Shown piece by piece: positions 40,401 through 50,336 of a DNA stretch of 62,430 nt (positions are counted from its first letter, which is position 1; every line of letters starts with the position of its first letter). The stretch is from an uncultured Bacteroidota bacterium (GTDB lineage Bacteria; Bacteroidota; Bacteroidia; Chitinophagales; Saprospiraceae): positions 1 to 62,430 of the forward strand of contig CAILQK010000258.1 in the NCBI GenBank assembly GCA_903836265.1. The letters run 5' to 3'. The notes beneath the pieces are model-generated. The model made no database searches. It saw only the letters and a list, made by a program, of their open reading frames with translations, and had not been told where the DNA came from. A program made the position numbers and the translations under genes.

Positions 40401-43146
40401 CCCGGTAAAGCGCCACATTCAGCGACTGGCCGGCCAGCGGGTTGCCATTTTTGTCAACCATGGCAAAAGTGACATCTCCGCCTTTTTCGTCGAATATTTT
40501 TGATCCCCAGCGGTTCGCAGGAATAAACACACCCACATAGCGATCGTAGGGAGAAATCTCAATATTGAAATTGTCTGTGCTGAAATCACCACCCTGTTCG
40601 AAGGCACGCACCTTGAAGTTGGCCGTGAGCTTGCCCGGCGATTCCTTCATCTGGCCAATTTTAAGCGGAACTTTGGCCGTTCCATTCTGATCAACCATTC
40701 CGTCAAAAAGCACCTCAGGTTCCGAGGAAAAATATCGTGACGGGTCGTCGAAACAAAAATCCCGGTAGCGGACAAACCCGGTTTTTTTGACATTGACCGA
40801 CATTTCAACTTTGGCCTTGAGCCCCCTGGCCACGGCGCCATGCAGCCAGTTGACACGCAGTGAACCCTGCAATCCGCTGTCATCATCACCGGTAGCGAAA
40901 TCACCCGATTCCAACACATTTTTACCGAAATTGAGATCGAGTTTGAGACGATTGGGCTTTACCGTTTCAATTTTAACCGTTCTGGAGAAAGTTGCTCCGC
41001 CAACCATTACCTTGCACATCCAGTTTCCGGTGGGCGCATCGGCCCCTGTAGCGAAATAAAACGGGAATACTCCGTTGACGCCCTCTGTCAGCGTGCGGCG
41101 GAACTGCATGGCTCCGCGACTGTCAGACACTTCCATGGTTACGGGGTGCCCGACAGGCAGGCGGCCCGATTTGTCCTCCAGAACAAAATTCAGGAACAGC
41201 GAGTCTCCGGGGCGCCATACTCCCCGCTCTCCATAGATGTAGCCCCTGAGTCCACGCTGAGGTTCCACCCCTGCCACGTCGAAACGGCTCAGCGACAGTG
41301 CACCGCCATCAGCCATGCGCAGGTATCCCCTGCTGGCGCCATCACTGGCAACCGCCAGGAAAGGCCGGGTGACAAGCCCTTCAAGCATCACCGTTCCGTC
41401 CTCGCCAGTTCTGGATTTCAGGATAGTCTGTAACTGATAATCAAGCAATTCTATTTCAAGGTTGCTGATCGGACGGGTGGTATGAAGGTCATTCACAGCC
41501 AGAAAGAGTGATCCGTCGCGACCAAGCTTGCCCGTGAGACCGAGATTGCTCACAAACACATTGCGCCGCGCAAAGTGTTCCGCGTTGTAATACTCCAGGG
41601 CACAAGGTTCACTTTGTCTCCCCCAGTCATACGCAGCCGGGTTGTCATTGTCATCGTCGGCCCACCACCACGGATCATCATCAGCCCAGTAAATACCGCG
41701 ATCACCTCCCATAATACTCCTCTTCACACCATAATCGTCGGTTTGTTCCCGTTCAAAGGCCGGTACCGACTGACCGCTGCTCCCACAGGAAGTATAGTCG
41801 CGGCGGAAAGCAACCCTGACCTGATAGATAGCCCCCGGGTCTTTCCGGATCATCTCACCCAGATCGAAGGCATATCGCTGCCACACACTTTTAATGGCAT
41901 TTGGATTCAGGGCTGTCAGATCAATTTTCTTCTGAAGAACAATTTTTCCAACCCGTTCGAGTTCCTGACTGCCTTCCAGCTCGTTGACCTGCAGGAATTG
42001 CAAAATGTTTGAATTGTAAATTTTGAAAATCTCCACATCCACGGCATTCAGTCCGACAGCCTCAAAAGGGAAGAGTACCGAACCATTCTCCTGTGAAGGG
42101 ATAATGGAACCCCTGCCCACCAGCCTCACCTCAGGGCCGAGATCCTGAAAGTTCAGTGCAGCCGTATAACCTGCAGTCAGATTTTTACCCGCAATATTGC
42201 GCACCGCCACATCTATGGTCAGGGTCTGCTCTCCAACAATTCGCTGGGCCGGATAAATGCGGACAAAATTGCCGTTTACAACAAATTTGAGATCTCCCTG
42301 GTATTCACTCAGGCGGATGAGACCGCTCAAATCCTGACCGGGGGTAACGGGGTCACTGAAATTGACAAGAATATACTGCTCCTCCAGCTGTACGACTGCT
42401 GCCGAAAGTACCGAGAACTCGTCCCGGGGAGCCACAATCTGGATATCCTCGCCCGTCTGACCGGAACCCAGCGATTCTCCGTTCCAGGAAAGTTTCACTT
42501 CCGACCGGTCGGCCGAGCGCCTCACGCCCTCTACCGTCCAGGCGTATGTCCTGTTACCTTCGCCCGGCGTCCAGCTCACCTGCAGTGCCCTTCCGGCCTG
42601 GCGGGCCAGCAGCATCTTTTCCACTTTGACAGCATCACAGGGCTCATTGATGTGCACAACTCCTGTCACCTTTTGAACAGACAAATCGTCGGGTTCACTG
42701 TTGATTCCATCGCGCTGAACACGAAAAGAGAGTTCCCTGACTCTGAAATCATATTCAAATATGTCTGCATATCCGGGCACATCAGGATAAATTTCATCTA
42801 GTGCCAGCCTGGCGGAGTATTTTACCCCGACAGGAAGCGGTTGTTCGGGCCTGAACAAAATAGTATGATCATCCTCCCATACTGCACTGCCCCTGATTGC
42901 AGGCGAGATACTGAATATCCGGGCCGGTACCGGCTGGCCGGTCTGAGCCTTGCTCACAGCAGGATTGACAAACCTGACCCGAAGCGGTTCTGAACTGTTG
43001 ACAGCACCACCCGTATAGGCATATACATAACGGGCCACCGTCTCATAATAGCGTTCGTCTTTCACAATGCGGCTGACCTGGTACCAGTAAACAAGGGCAG
43101 AAAGGGCGAGAAGGGATACAACAAGGGAAGAAAGGTGTTTTTTCAT
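37480..43146 (-). CDS. bacterial alpha-2-macroglobulin
   Basis: ERGVWRPGD (MG2), VDEGLLDLT, thioester YPHGCVEQ at ~38857-38880, DIRDDRV, AMYD. Confidence 0.93.
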   Translation of the reverse strand: MKKHLSSLVVSLLALSALVYWYQVSRIVKDERYYETVARYVYAYTGGAVNSSEPLRVRFVNPAVSKAQTGQPVPARIFSISPAIRGSAVWEDDHTILFRPEQPLPVGVKYSARLALDEIYPDVPGYADIFEYDFRVRELSFRVQRDGINSEPDDLSVQKVTGVVHINEPCDAVKVEKMLLARQAGRALQVSWTPGEGNRTYAWTVEGVRRSADRSEVKLSWNGESLGSGQTGEDIQIVAPRDEFSVLSAAVVQLEEQYILVNFSDPVTPGQDLSGLIRLSEYQGDLKFVVNGNFVRIYPAQRIVGEQTLTIDVAVRNIAGKNLTAGYTAALNFQDLGPEVRLVGRGSIIPSQENGSVLFPFEAVGLNAVDVEIFKIYNSNILQFLQVNELEGSQELERVGKIVLQKKIDLTALNPNAIKSVWQRYAFDLGEMIRKDPGAIYQVRVAFRRDYTSCGSSGQSVPAFEREQTDDYGVKRSIMGGDRGIYWADDDPWWWADDDNDNPAAYDWGRQSEPCALEYYNAEHFARRNVFVSNLGLTGKLGRDGSLFLAVNDLHTTRPISNLEIELLDYQLQTILKSRTGEDGTVMLEGLVTRPFLAVASDGASRGYLRMADGGALSLSRFDVAGVEPQRGLRGYIYGERGVWRPGDSLFLNFVLEDKSGRLPVGHPVTMEVSDSRGAMQFRRTLTEGVNGVFPFYFATGADAPTGNWMCKVMVGGATFSRTVKIETVKPNRLKLDLNFGKNVLESGDFATGDDDSGLQGSLRVNWLHGAVARGLKAKVEMSVNVKKTGFVRYRDFCFDDPSRYFSSEPEVLFDGMVDQNGTAKVPLKIGQMKESPGKLTANFKVRAFEQGGDFSTDNFNIEISPYDRYVGVFIPANRWGSKIFDEKGGDVTFAMVDKNGNPLAGQSLNVALYRVDWRWWWDENDNSGVGNFNYGEMNNAIAQAQLVTNSRGQATWKVRPAGWGRYLVRVTDARGEHAGGDFFWTGYPEDQYDMASRNAAAMLPLTADREKYNSGEMVTLKVPASEQGRILLTLETGSRVAKHFWFDAKAGDNLISFRADASMAPTVYAHVSLLQPHAQTVNDLPIRMYGVIPVQVENQSSRLQALIDMPETVRPGEYFNVSLRELGSKDCTYTIDIVDEGLLDLTRFRTPDPWEAFNAREALGVKTWDVYDFVLGAYAIELDRILAVGGDGINVKAKPASVNRFKPAVIHLGPFRLGKGQVARHRVKIDNYVGSVRVMAVLCDPARAGVAGAHGSAEKTVAVRKPLMILPTLPRILGPGETLRLPVDVFAMEKNVQNATVSVREKSGLVSVEGAGFTSLTFSEPGNKMAFFNLKVGQKTGRARFNVSAEGGGESATTDIEVEIRNPNPAVTRIAEEVVEPGKTWTMPARPDDLTDITSVNLEISSVPPVNLSKQLDYLVTYPHGCVEQVTSAAFPQLYVDIIAPLTVQQKQETERNIRAAITRLQSFQLPSGAFSYWPGGTQAADWAGTYAGHFLLEARSKGYSVPDQLLSRWLDYQTKTSRLWEPVFNDNRDESSLHDVELAQAYRLYTLALAQKPDVPGMNRLKETRNKYQTSSNLLAAAYAFTGRKEAARDLLNDRSTKVFNYDWWGETYGSSLRDLALRLETLTVAGDNQRGAEVAVQVASMIGNVSAWYSTQEVATSLRALARFIQGGALNEKPAFTLKAGARDIPVASGTPYYIYNITGESGAVTVRNTSGKKLYVRTVYSGRTATGSSQTEASNVALNVRYTNMAGAEIDPSKIAQGTDFVAEVTVRRSADLLFDFNEMALVQVFPSGWEIVNTRMNPAGDSTPGTSTPEYQDIRDDRVMTYFDLPFRGGDSDNQRPKVYRVLLNAAYSGRYYLAPVSCAAMYDNRIRASVPGKWVEVQ

Positions 43147-43360
43147 TTCAGTGGTTTTTAATATGTGAATATTCCAGCAGACATGGCCGTTTTATCAGCA
43201 ATAAATGTACTGGTAATCAACGAAAAAAATTGTTAAATATTAAAGTGCAACAATGAGCGGCAAATTCGCGTTTTAATATAGTTCATTGTTGAATTCGCAT
43301 CCTGTGTCGTTTCAGATTGACCCGGTTGTAGAATTCAGCAAATTTTCGCCTGTTGTTCAG

Positions 43361-43368
43361 TATCTTTG
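43361..43368 (+). promoter_or_regulatory. -7 promoter element for lpxD
   Basis: TATCTTTG matches TAnnTTTG. Confidence 0.6.
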
Positions 43369-43416
43369 CGACAGCCAATCGTTCATTCATCAACCAGCCC
43401 TACCTCCATATCCGGC

Positions 43417-44487
43417 ATGAGCTACACTGCCGCTGAAATAGCAAAAATCATTGACGGCTTGATTGAAGGCGATCCGGATGCAAGGGTCAGTCGTCCCGCC
43501 CGCATCGAGGAAGCCCTGGATGGCGACTTCGCTTTTCTGGATAATCCCCGCTATGAGTCGCACGCATACAGCACTCAGGCGAGCATTCTGCTGGTACACC
43601 ACTCATTCTCCCCTCCTCATCCGGTAAAATCCACCCTGATACGTGTTGACAATGTACGCGGATCACTGGTGAAACTCCTGCCGCTGTTCGACTCGGCAAC
43701 AAGCAGGCGTCATCCGGATGAAGCATCCCGTTCGCACATACACCCGAGTGCGCGCGTGGGAGCGGGCACGTCTGTAGGCGCTTTCGCAGTGATTGAGGAA
43801 GGCGCTGTTATCGGAAGCAACTGCACCATTTATCCCCAGGTATTTATTGGCAGAAACGCCCGAATCGGCGACGGGGTCCGGCTGTACCCCGGGGTCAAGA
43901 TTCACTTCGACTGTGTTGTAGGCGACAACTGCGTACTGCATGCGAATGCCGTTATTGGCGCCGACGGCTTCGGGTTTGCTCCCCAGCGCGACGGCTCCTG
44001 GTCAAAAGTGCCACAACTGGGGAATGTTGTCATAGAAAACGATGTAGAAATAGGCGCCTGTACCTGTATTGACCGTGCATCCATGGGAAGTACAGTTATA
44101 CGTCAGGGCGTCAAGTTCGACAACCTGATTCACATCGCCCACAATGTCGAAGTAGGCAGCAATTCGGTACTCGCTGCACAGGTTGGGGTAGCGGGAAGCA
44201 CCCGTTTGGGCCAAAACCTGCAGGTTGGCGGACAGGCCGGCTTCTCCGGTCATATTACTGTGGCCAATGGTACAAAAATTCAGGCACAGAGCGGTCTGGC
44301 ATCCAGTATTGAAGAGCCTGATACAGCCGTATTCGGAAGTCCCGCCATAGGATACAAGGATTTTATCAGATCACATGTAATCTTCAAACACCTTCCCGAT
44401 TTGCAGCGCCGGCTGGCCGAACTGGAAAAAAGATTGCGTGAACTGGAGAACACCGCACCTTCGGAATCGTACAGAAAGTCATCCTGA
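43417..44487 (+). CDS. lpxD: UDP-3-O-acyl-glucosamine N-acyltransferase
   Basis: Hexapeptide repeats; [33 protein letters not shown]43417 preferred. Confidence 0.95.
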   Translation: MSYTAAEIAKIIDGLIEGDPDARVSRPARIEEALDGDFAFLDNPRYESHAYSTQASILLVHHSFSPPHPVKSTLIRVDNVRGSLVKLLPLFDSATSRRHPDEASRSHIHPSARVGAGTSVGAFAVIEEGAVIGSNCTIYPQVFIGRNARIGDGVRLYPGVKIHFDCVVGDNCVLHANAVIGADGFGFAPQRDGSWSKVPQLGNVVIENDVEIGACTCIDRASMGSTVIRQGVKFDNLIHIAHNVEVGSNSVLAAQVGVAGSTRLGQNLQVGGQAGFSGHITVANGTKIQAQSGLASSIEEPDTAVFGSPAIGYKDFIRSHVIFKHLPDLQRRLAELEKRLRELENTAPSESYRKSS

Positions 44488-44546
44488 CATTCGGCTGACA
44501 ACACTGGTTTCGTTTTTTTCGCGTACATTCGCGTCAGATCTTCCTT

Positions 44547-45860
44547 ATGTATCTGACCAATCGCTTCTTCTGGTTTGCCGGTGCTGTCATAGCGCTTTTC
44601 GGAGTGTCCTATCCGCTGGGCTGGCTGTTCCCGCTGGCACAAACCGGGCTCGCAGCGCTCATTTTTCTGACTTCAGGTGATCTTTTCGTATTGTTCTACA
44701 GGCGACCGCAAGTAGGCGCGCGCCGAAATACAGCATCCATATTTTCCCTGGGCGATCCCAACACGGTAATTATCAGCGTTGAGAATATGTCGTCGCTGAA
44801 CCTTCATGCCAGCATCACAGACGAACTGCCGGTACAGTTCCAGATCCGTAACTTCAGCATCTCGCAATGGCTGGCACCTGGAGAGAAATACTTTCTGGAG
44901 CACAAATTGACTCCTCTTTCGCGCGGCACTTACAGATTCGGCCATATCAATATATTTGTTACCACGCGGCTGGGGCTCGCCGAACGGCGCCTGAAAGAAT
45001 GGAAAGAAGAAGAGGTCAGGGTATATCCCTCCATTATTCAGATGAAACGCTTCGAGTTGCGCGCCACCAAACAGATTGCGCACGAAACCGGCGTCAAAAA
45101 AATGCGCCGCCTCGGGCACTCCTACGAATTCGAGCAAATCAAAAACTACGTACCCGGCGACGATTACAGGAGTGTCAACTGGAAGGCATCGGGCCGGAGA
45201 GGTACCATCATGGTTAACCAGTACGAGGATGAAAGGAGCCAGCAGATTTACTGTCTTATTGACAAAAGCAGGGTCATGCGCATGCCTTTCGAGGGACTGA
45301 GTCTGATGGACTACGCTATCAATACCTCGCTGGCAATCAGCAATATTGTACTGAAAAAGCAGGACAAAGCCGGCCTGATTACCTTTTCGGACGTAATCGG
45401 GGCCACGATCAAGGCGGAGCGGAAGGCAGGGCAGCTAAACAAGATTCTTGAGGCCCTCTACAAGGAGAAAGAACGGAAGGGCGAGGCGAACTATGAACTG
45501 ATGTACGAGGCGATGAGCCGCCTGATCAATGTCAGGTCGCTGCTGCTGCTGTTCACCAATTTTGAGAGTCATTATGCGCTTGAACGCGCACTTCCCACCC
45601 TCAGGCGACTCAACAGGCAGCATCTGCTGGTGGTTGTATTTTTTGAAAACACGGAAATCCGCAAACTGGCGGGAGAGCCCGTGGAAAAAACGACTGATAT
45701 TTTCCGACAAACAATAGCCCGCCAGTTTTTGCTGGATAAAAGGGAAATGGTGTACAAATTGCGGCAGTACGGCATACAGGCAGTTCTGACAAGGCCACAG
45801 GATCTTACGCTTGACACCATTAACAAGTACCTGGAACTAAAATCCAGGGGGCTCATTTAG
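44547..45860 (+). CDS. DUF58 domain membrane protein
   Basis: EFEQIKNYVPGDDYRSVNWKAS, VNQYEDE; two N-terminal TM segments. Confidence 0.9.
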   Translation: MYLTNRFFWFAGAVIALFGVSYPLGWLFPLAQTGLAALIFLTSGDLFVLFYRRPQVGARRNTASIFSLGDPNTVIISVENMSSLNLHASITDELPVQFQIRNFSISQWLAPGEKYFLEHKLTPLSRGTYRFGHINIFVTTRLGLAERRLKEWKEEEVRVYPSIIQMKRFELRATKQIAHETGVKKMRRLGHSYEFEQIKNYVPGDDYRSVNWKASGRRGTIMVNQYEDERSQQIYCLIDKSRVMRMPFEGLSLMDYAINTSLAISNIVLKKQDKAGLITFSDVIGATIKAERKAGQLNKILEALYKEKERKGEANYELMYEAMSRLINVRSLLLLFTNFESHYALERALPTLRRLNRQHLLVVVFFENTEIRKLAGEPVEKTTDIFRQTIARQFLLDKREMVYKLRQYGIQAVLTRPQDLTLDTINKYLELKSRGLI

Positions 45861-45867
45861 AGCACCG

Positions 45868-46920
45868 CTAAAGTCCGATTATTTTTTTGATCAGTTCCTC
45901 ATCAATGGCCCCGCCGGCGAAGTCGTCAAATGCCCTTTCGGTAACTTTGATGATGTGATCCCCGATGAACGGAGCACCCTCTGCAGCACCCTGTTCGGCA
46001 TCCTTGATGCAACATTCCCACTCCAGTACAGCCCATCCGTCGTAGTTGTACTGGGCCAGCTTGGAGAAAATGGAAGAGAAATCCACCTGTCCGTCGCCCA
46101 GCGAACGGAAGCGGCCGGGCCTGTCAATCCAGTCCTGATATCCTCCGTAAACACCGCTGCGACCTGTTGCGTTGAACTCTGCGTCCTTCACATGGAACAT
46201 TTTGATGCGTTCGTGGTAGAAATCAATATACTGCAGATAATCGAGTTGCTGCAGGACGAAGTGGGAGGGGTCGTACAGAATATTGCAGCGCGTGTGGTTG
46301 TCAACAGCAGCGAGGAAACGCTCGAAGGTGGCGCCATCGTGGAGATCCTCACCCGGGTGAATCTCGTAACAAAGATCAACACCGGCCTCATCGAAGACAT
46401 CCAGGATAGGCCTCCAGCGGTTTGCCAGTTCCCTGAAGCCGGCTTCCACCAGTCCTTTCGGGCGTTGTGGCCACGGGTAAACAGTATGCCATATCAGCGC
46501 ACCGGAAAAAGTTGCATGGGCATCAAGCCCGAGGTTCCGGCTGGCTTTTGCCGCATTTTTCAGCGTCTGAACAGCCCATTCCGTGCGCGCAGGAGGGTTC
46601 CCGCGCAGATGTTCGGGGGCAAATGCATCGAACATAAGATCATAGGCCGGGTGTACAGCAACAAGCTGGCCTTGCAGATGCGTTGACAGCTCAGTGATCT
46701 CTACTCCGCAGGCTTCCACACGACCGCGCAGATCATCGCAATAATCCTTACTTTGCGCCGCCTTTTCGAGGTCAATCAGCCGGCTGTCCCAGGTGGGAAT
46801 CTGAACACCGACATAGCCGAGCGAGGCTGCCCAGCGACAAACACTTTCCAGAGAATTGAAAGGCGCCCGGTCGCCCATGAACTGTGCAAGAAAAATAGCT
46901 GGTCCCTTTATTGTTGTCAT
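45868..46920 (-). CDS. sugar phosphate isomerase/epimerase (xylose-isomerase-like TIM barrel)
   Basis: KGPAIFLAQF, YEIHPGEDLHDG, YDPSH, FHVKDAEF, LEWEC. Confidence 0.88.
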   Translation of the reverse strand: MTTIKGPAIFLAQFMGDRAPFNSLESVCRWAASLGYVGVQIPTWDSRLIDLEKAAQSKDYCDDLRGRVEACGVEITELSTHLQGQLVAVHPAYDLMFDAFAPEHLRGNPPARTEWAVQTLKNAAKASRNLGLDAHATFSGALIWHTVYPWPQRPKGLVEAGFRELANRWRPILDVFDEAGVDLCYEIHPGEDLHDGATFERFLAAVDNHTRCNILYDPSHFVLQQLDYLQYIDFYHERIKMFHVKDAEFNATGRSGVYGGYQDWIDRPGRFRSLGDGQVDFSSIFSKLAQYNYDGWAVLEWECCIKDAEQGAAEGAPFIGDHIIKVTERAFDDFAGGAIDEELIKKIIGL

Positions 46921-47124
46921 AGCAATCAAAGTTAATGGCAAGTGAACGGCAAACTTCCATTATTTTTTTGAAAACTGTTAGCAGAAATTGAAAACTCATT
47001 GGGAATTTTAACAAAATTTGTCTTTCCTGTAACATCATTTAATAGAATATACACTTCCAACACCCTCATCTTTCAGCCAGAAATACCCTCAAAAGCCGAA
47101 AAACATCAGAAAAAACGAAATTCA

Positions 47125-48321
47125 ATGAGAGCATCATCCCTTTTCCTGTCAATCCTGATTTTACTTTCGGGTGCATTTTTTTCATGTCATTCTGCCATCA
47201 AACTTACAGAGAGCGGCGACTATGATGGCGCTATTGATCTCTGCATACGCAATCTGCGGGGCAAGAGTTCCAAGAAACTGAAGTATGTTCAGGGACTTGA
47301 GCTGGCATTTTCAAAGGCGCAGGAGCGTGACACGGATGCGATAGCGTCGCTCAAATCGGGTGGCCGTGGTGAAAGCTGGATACGCATCAACGAGATTCAC
47401 CAGGATATCAGGCGCCGGCAGGAGAAAATAAAGCCGTTGCTCCCGCTGAAGGCAGAAACCGGCTATCAGGCTCAGTTCTATATGCTGGATATCGGTTCCA
47501 TGGAAAATGACAGTCGCGTCAGGGCAGCTGATTACCTGTATTCAAGGGCGGAAGCGCTTGTTGAGAAAGGGGAAAAGGGCAACAAACTGGCTGCACGCGA
47601 GGCCTGTGATGTACTGAATGATCTGTCGGTGCGCTACTACCGCGGCGAGTACAGAGAAAAAGACGCACTGCTGAAAAGGGCCAGGGAACTGGGCACCTCC
47701 TATGTACTTGTCGAACTGAAAAATCAGTCGGGCCATCCGCTGGGTGATTTGTTCAGAGACAGGCTCCTGTCGGTACCCCCGAGGGATCTGGATACCGAGT
47801 GGCGGGAGTTTTACTTTGATGCCAAAGAGGGCGAATACTTTGACTACAAGGTCAGTGTTGCCATCAGAACCGTTGAAATAAGTCCGGAGCGCCTGAACGA
47901 ACGCAACTACGACGACGAGAAGCGCGTGGAAGACGGATGGGAATACGTGCTCGACCAGCGGGGTAACGTGCTGAAGGATTCGCTTGGAAACGATGTAAAG
48001 CGAACAAAATACTCCGTTATAAAGGCTCAGGTCAAGGAGGTACAGCAAACCAAGGCAACCCGCCTGACGGCACGTGCCACCGTCATGGACGAGCGCACCG
48101 GAAGTACGCTTGACAGCCACGACATGGGTACCGAGATTCTTTTCGAGCACTACGCGGCCACTTTCAGGGGCGATGAGCGGGCACTCAGCAAAGAATCCAG
48201 ATCTCGTATAGGAAATGCGCCCGCACCGTTCCCGCGCGATGCGGACATGCTGCTGCAGGCGGCCGACCGAATGAAGCCCGATCTGGTGAACTGGCTGCGG
48301 TGTTGCAGGGGAATACTGTAG
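47125..48321 (+). CDS. hypothetical lipoprotein
   Basis: Lipobox FFSC after ATG47125; helical N-terminus; DGWEYVLD.RGNVLKDSLGNDVK. Confidence 0.75.
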   Translation: MRASSLFLSILILLSGAFFSCHSAIKLTESGDYDGAIDLCIRNLRGKSSKKLKYVQGLELAFSKAQERDTDAIASLKSGGRGESWIRINEIHQDIRRRQEKIKPLLPLKAETGYQAQFYMLDIGSMENDSRVRAADYLYSRAEALVEKGEKGNKLAAREACDVLNDLSVRYYRGEYREKDALLKRARELGTSYVLVELKNQSGHPLGDLFRDRLLSVPPRDLDTEWREFYFDAKEGEYFDYKVSVAIRTVEISPERLNERNYDDEKRVEDGWEYVLDQRGNVLKDSLGNDVKRTKYSVIKAQVKEVQQTKATRLTARATVMDERTGSTLDSHDMGTEILFEHYAATFRGDERALSKESRSRIGNAPAPFPRDADMLLQAADRMKPDLVNWLRCCRGIL

Positions 48322-48322
48322 C

Positions 48323-49375
48323 TCAGAAACTCAGGGAGGAAAATACCGGGTAGTGATCGGAGAAGGATCCGGCCCTCACCACCTTGCAGGAATGTGTGGA
48401 AATACTTCTTTCAGTCAGGATATAGTCAATCCGGAGAAGCGGCAATGCGCCAGCGAAAGTGGTACCGATGCCGAACCCCTTTTCCCGCCAGGTGTCGGTA
48501 AATCCGTCTGACAGCAGAGAATAGACGTATGAGCTCGGGGTATCATTGAAATCTCCGCAGAGAATAACAGGTATTTTGCAGGCATTGATGTGTTCCCGCA
48601 GCCTGCGCGCCTGTTGCGCCCGCCTTGCGGTAGCCAACCCCACCCTGTCGAGTACAAATCCTATGTCATGCCAGGTTTCTTCTTCATCGAGTTCTCCGCT
48701 CTGAATGACCCTGGTTGTTGTACCCGTTACGCGGTTTGACTGCAGATGTGCATTGTAAACACGTACCAGCCTCTTTCTGGATACACGGATATCTGCCCAG
48801 ATGACAGAGTTGTATGCCTTTTCGAAAGCCACCTCTCCGGAGGCTTCTATGGGGAACCGGCTCAGTATAACAGTACCTTTTTTCAGGTTGAATGAATACG
48901 GGTAACCCATTTTTTCAGCCAGCTGGCGATAAAATTTCACGCCGGTTTCCTGGGTACAGAGCACATCGGGGAAGCCATTCTCCTGAAGCATCTTTGCGTA
49001 TGCCGATATACGTTCCTCGCGCCACTGTGCACCCGTGTTTTTTCCGGGGTAAACACCACCCAGATTGTGGGTGGCAACTGTGATGGCTCTCTCCGGCACG
49101 TGATTGCTTTCGTAGTCAATACCGATAAATCCGGTGATATGCTGAATTCCGAAGACGAGAATACCGACGTGATACAGGGCAAACCTGTTGAAATCCCATA
49201 CCCAGAAGAGCAGAAGCAGGATATTGAAAATCAGAAGCCAGGGAAATGCCGTACCAAAAAACGCCAGCCACTGGAAAGCAGAGGGATCCACCAGCGGACA
49301 TATATACGAGAATAGCGTGAGCAACATCGTCACGGCACTCGCAATTTTTATGACATATCTTAGCAGGGTCTGCAT
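48323..49375 (-). CDS. endonuclease/exonuclease/phosphatase family membrane protein
   Basis: LCTQE, AHLQS, CGDFNDTP, RIDYI, SDHYPV. Confidence 0.9.
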   Translation of the reverse strand: MQTLLRYVIKIASAVTMLLTLFSYICPLVDPSAFQWLAFFGTAFPWLLIFNILLLLFWVWDFNRFALYHVGILVFGIQHITGFIGIDYESNHVPERAITVATHNLGGVYPGKNTGAQWREERISAYAKMLQENGFPDVLCTQETGVKFYRQLAEKMGYPYSFNLKKGTVILSRFPIEASGEVAFEKAYNSVIWADIRVSRKRLVRVYNAHLQSNRVTGTTTRVIQSGELDEEETWHDIGFVLDRVGLATARRAQQARRLREHINACKIPVILCGDFNDTPSSYVYSLLSDGFTDTWREKGFGIGTTFAGALPLLRIDYILTERSISTHSCKVVRAGSFSDHYPVFSSLSF

Positions 49376-49383
49376 TTACAGGG

Positions 49384-50298
49384 TTATTTCTGACTTGCCT
49401 GATACAGGAACTCCTTCTCTTCGGGTGTCAGGCTTTCGTAACCGCTCTGTTTAATCTTGTCCAGAATAGCATCCAGGCGTTCCTGATAGCCCTGTTCCCT
49501 TGTCGGCGGCGGGGCTTTTGGAGTCTCACGCACGTAAGTGGCCTTCATGGGCCCCGGCTTTCTGCTTTTCTTCTGATACCGGCTTCGGCCTGAAAACAGG
49601 CCTTCAATCCAGGCAATTGCGCGGTCAACAGGTTCTGTCCAGTCTTTGCCATCGCGCAACTGATATACAAAGGCGCAGCCCAGCAGAAAACCTGCGATGT
49701 GAGCAATAGGCCCCCCGGAACTGTAGCTGCCTGCCACGGCAGTCAGATCGAGCAGCAGTTGCACCAGAACGATATACTTCACCTTCACATTACCCAGCAG
49801 GAGGAGACTCACGCGGTAATCGGGCGCAAGTATGAGCGTGGCGCCACCCAGAGCCATCACCGCACCGGAGGCACCGAGTGCATAACCGGCAGGAATGATA
49901 CCGAGCATGGCAGATACGATGAAGAAGAGCGCGCCGGTGAGTCCGCCAAGAATATACAGCGGGAGAATCCGGCGGTCGCCGATCAGATCACTGACAATAC
50001 GGGCAAACAGATGCAGAAAGAGGAGGTTACTGATCAGATGCCACAGATTGTCGTGCAGGAAAATATGTGTAAAAAGCGACCAGGGCTGTATCAGCAGCCG
50101 CATGGGATCTCCGGGCACACAAAAATAGTGCAGTACCGTGGAGTAGGCCGAGTCCGGATTTCCCATCGTAAATCCGCCAAGAACGAGGAAAAGCAGTTTT
50201 GTGAGAACAAATACAGCAAAATTGACCACAATCAGTTTTGTGGCCATATCGCCTGTTCGCATGGAATATTTCAGGTCGTCCCAGATGGAGTTAAGCAT
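49384..50298 (-). CDS. rhomboid protease with C-terminal DUF6576-like domain
   Basis: HLISN, GASG, AHIAG; LDAILDKIKQSGYESLT.EEKEFL. Confidence 0.88.
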   Translation of the reverse strand: MLNSIWDDLKYSMRTGDMATKLIVVNFAVFVLTKLLFLVLGGFTMGNPDSAYSTVLHYFCVPGDPMRLLIQPWSLFTHIFLHDNLWHLISNLLFLHLFARIVSDLIGDRRILPLYILGGLTGALFFIVSAMLGIIPAGYALGASGAVMALGGATLILAPDYRVSLLLLGNVKVKYIVLVQLLLDLTAVAGSYSSGGPIAHIAGFLLGCAFVYQLRDGKDWTEPVDRAIAWIEGLFSGRSRYQKKSRKPGPMKATYVRETPKAPPPTREQGYQERLDAILDKIKQSGYESLTPEEKEFLYQASQK

Positions 50299-50336
50299 GG
50301 CGTGAATACGTTGACTTTAGTAATCATTTTCTGGAT

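Noticed and set aside
44547..45860. DUF58 gene without a neighbouring MoxR ATPase
   Set aside because: Partner may be elsewhere in the genome; too weak to flag.
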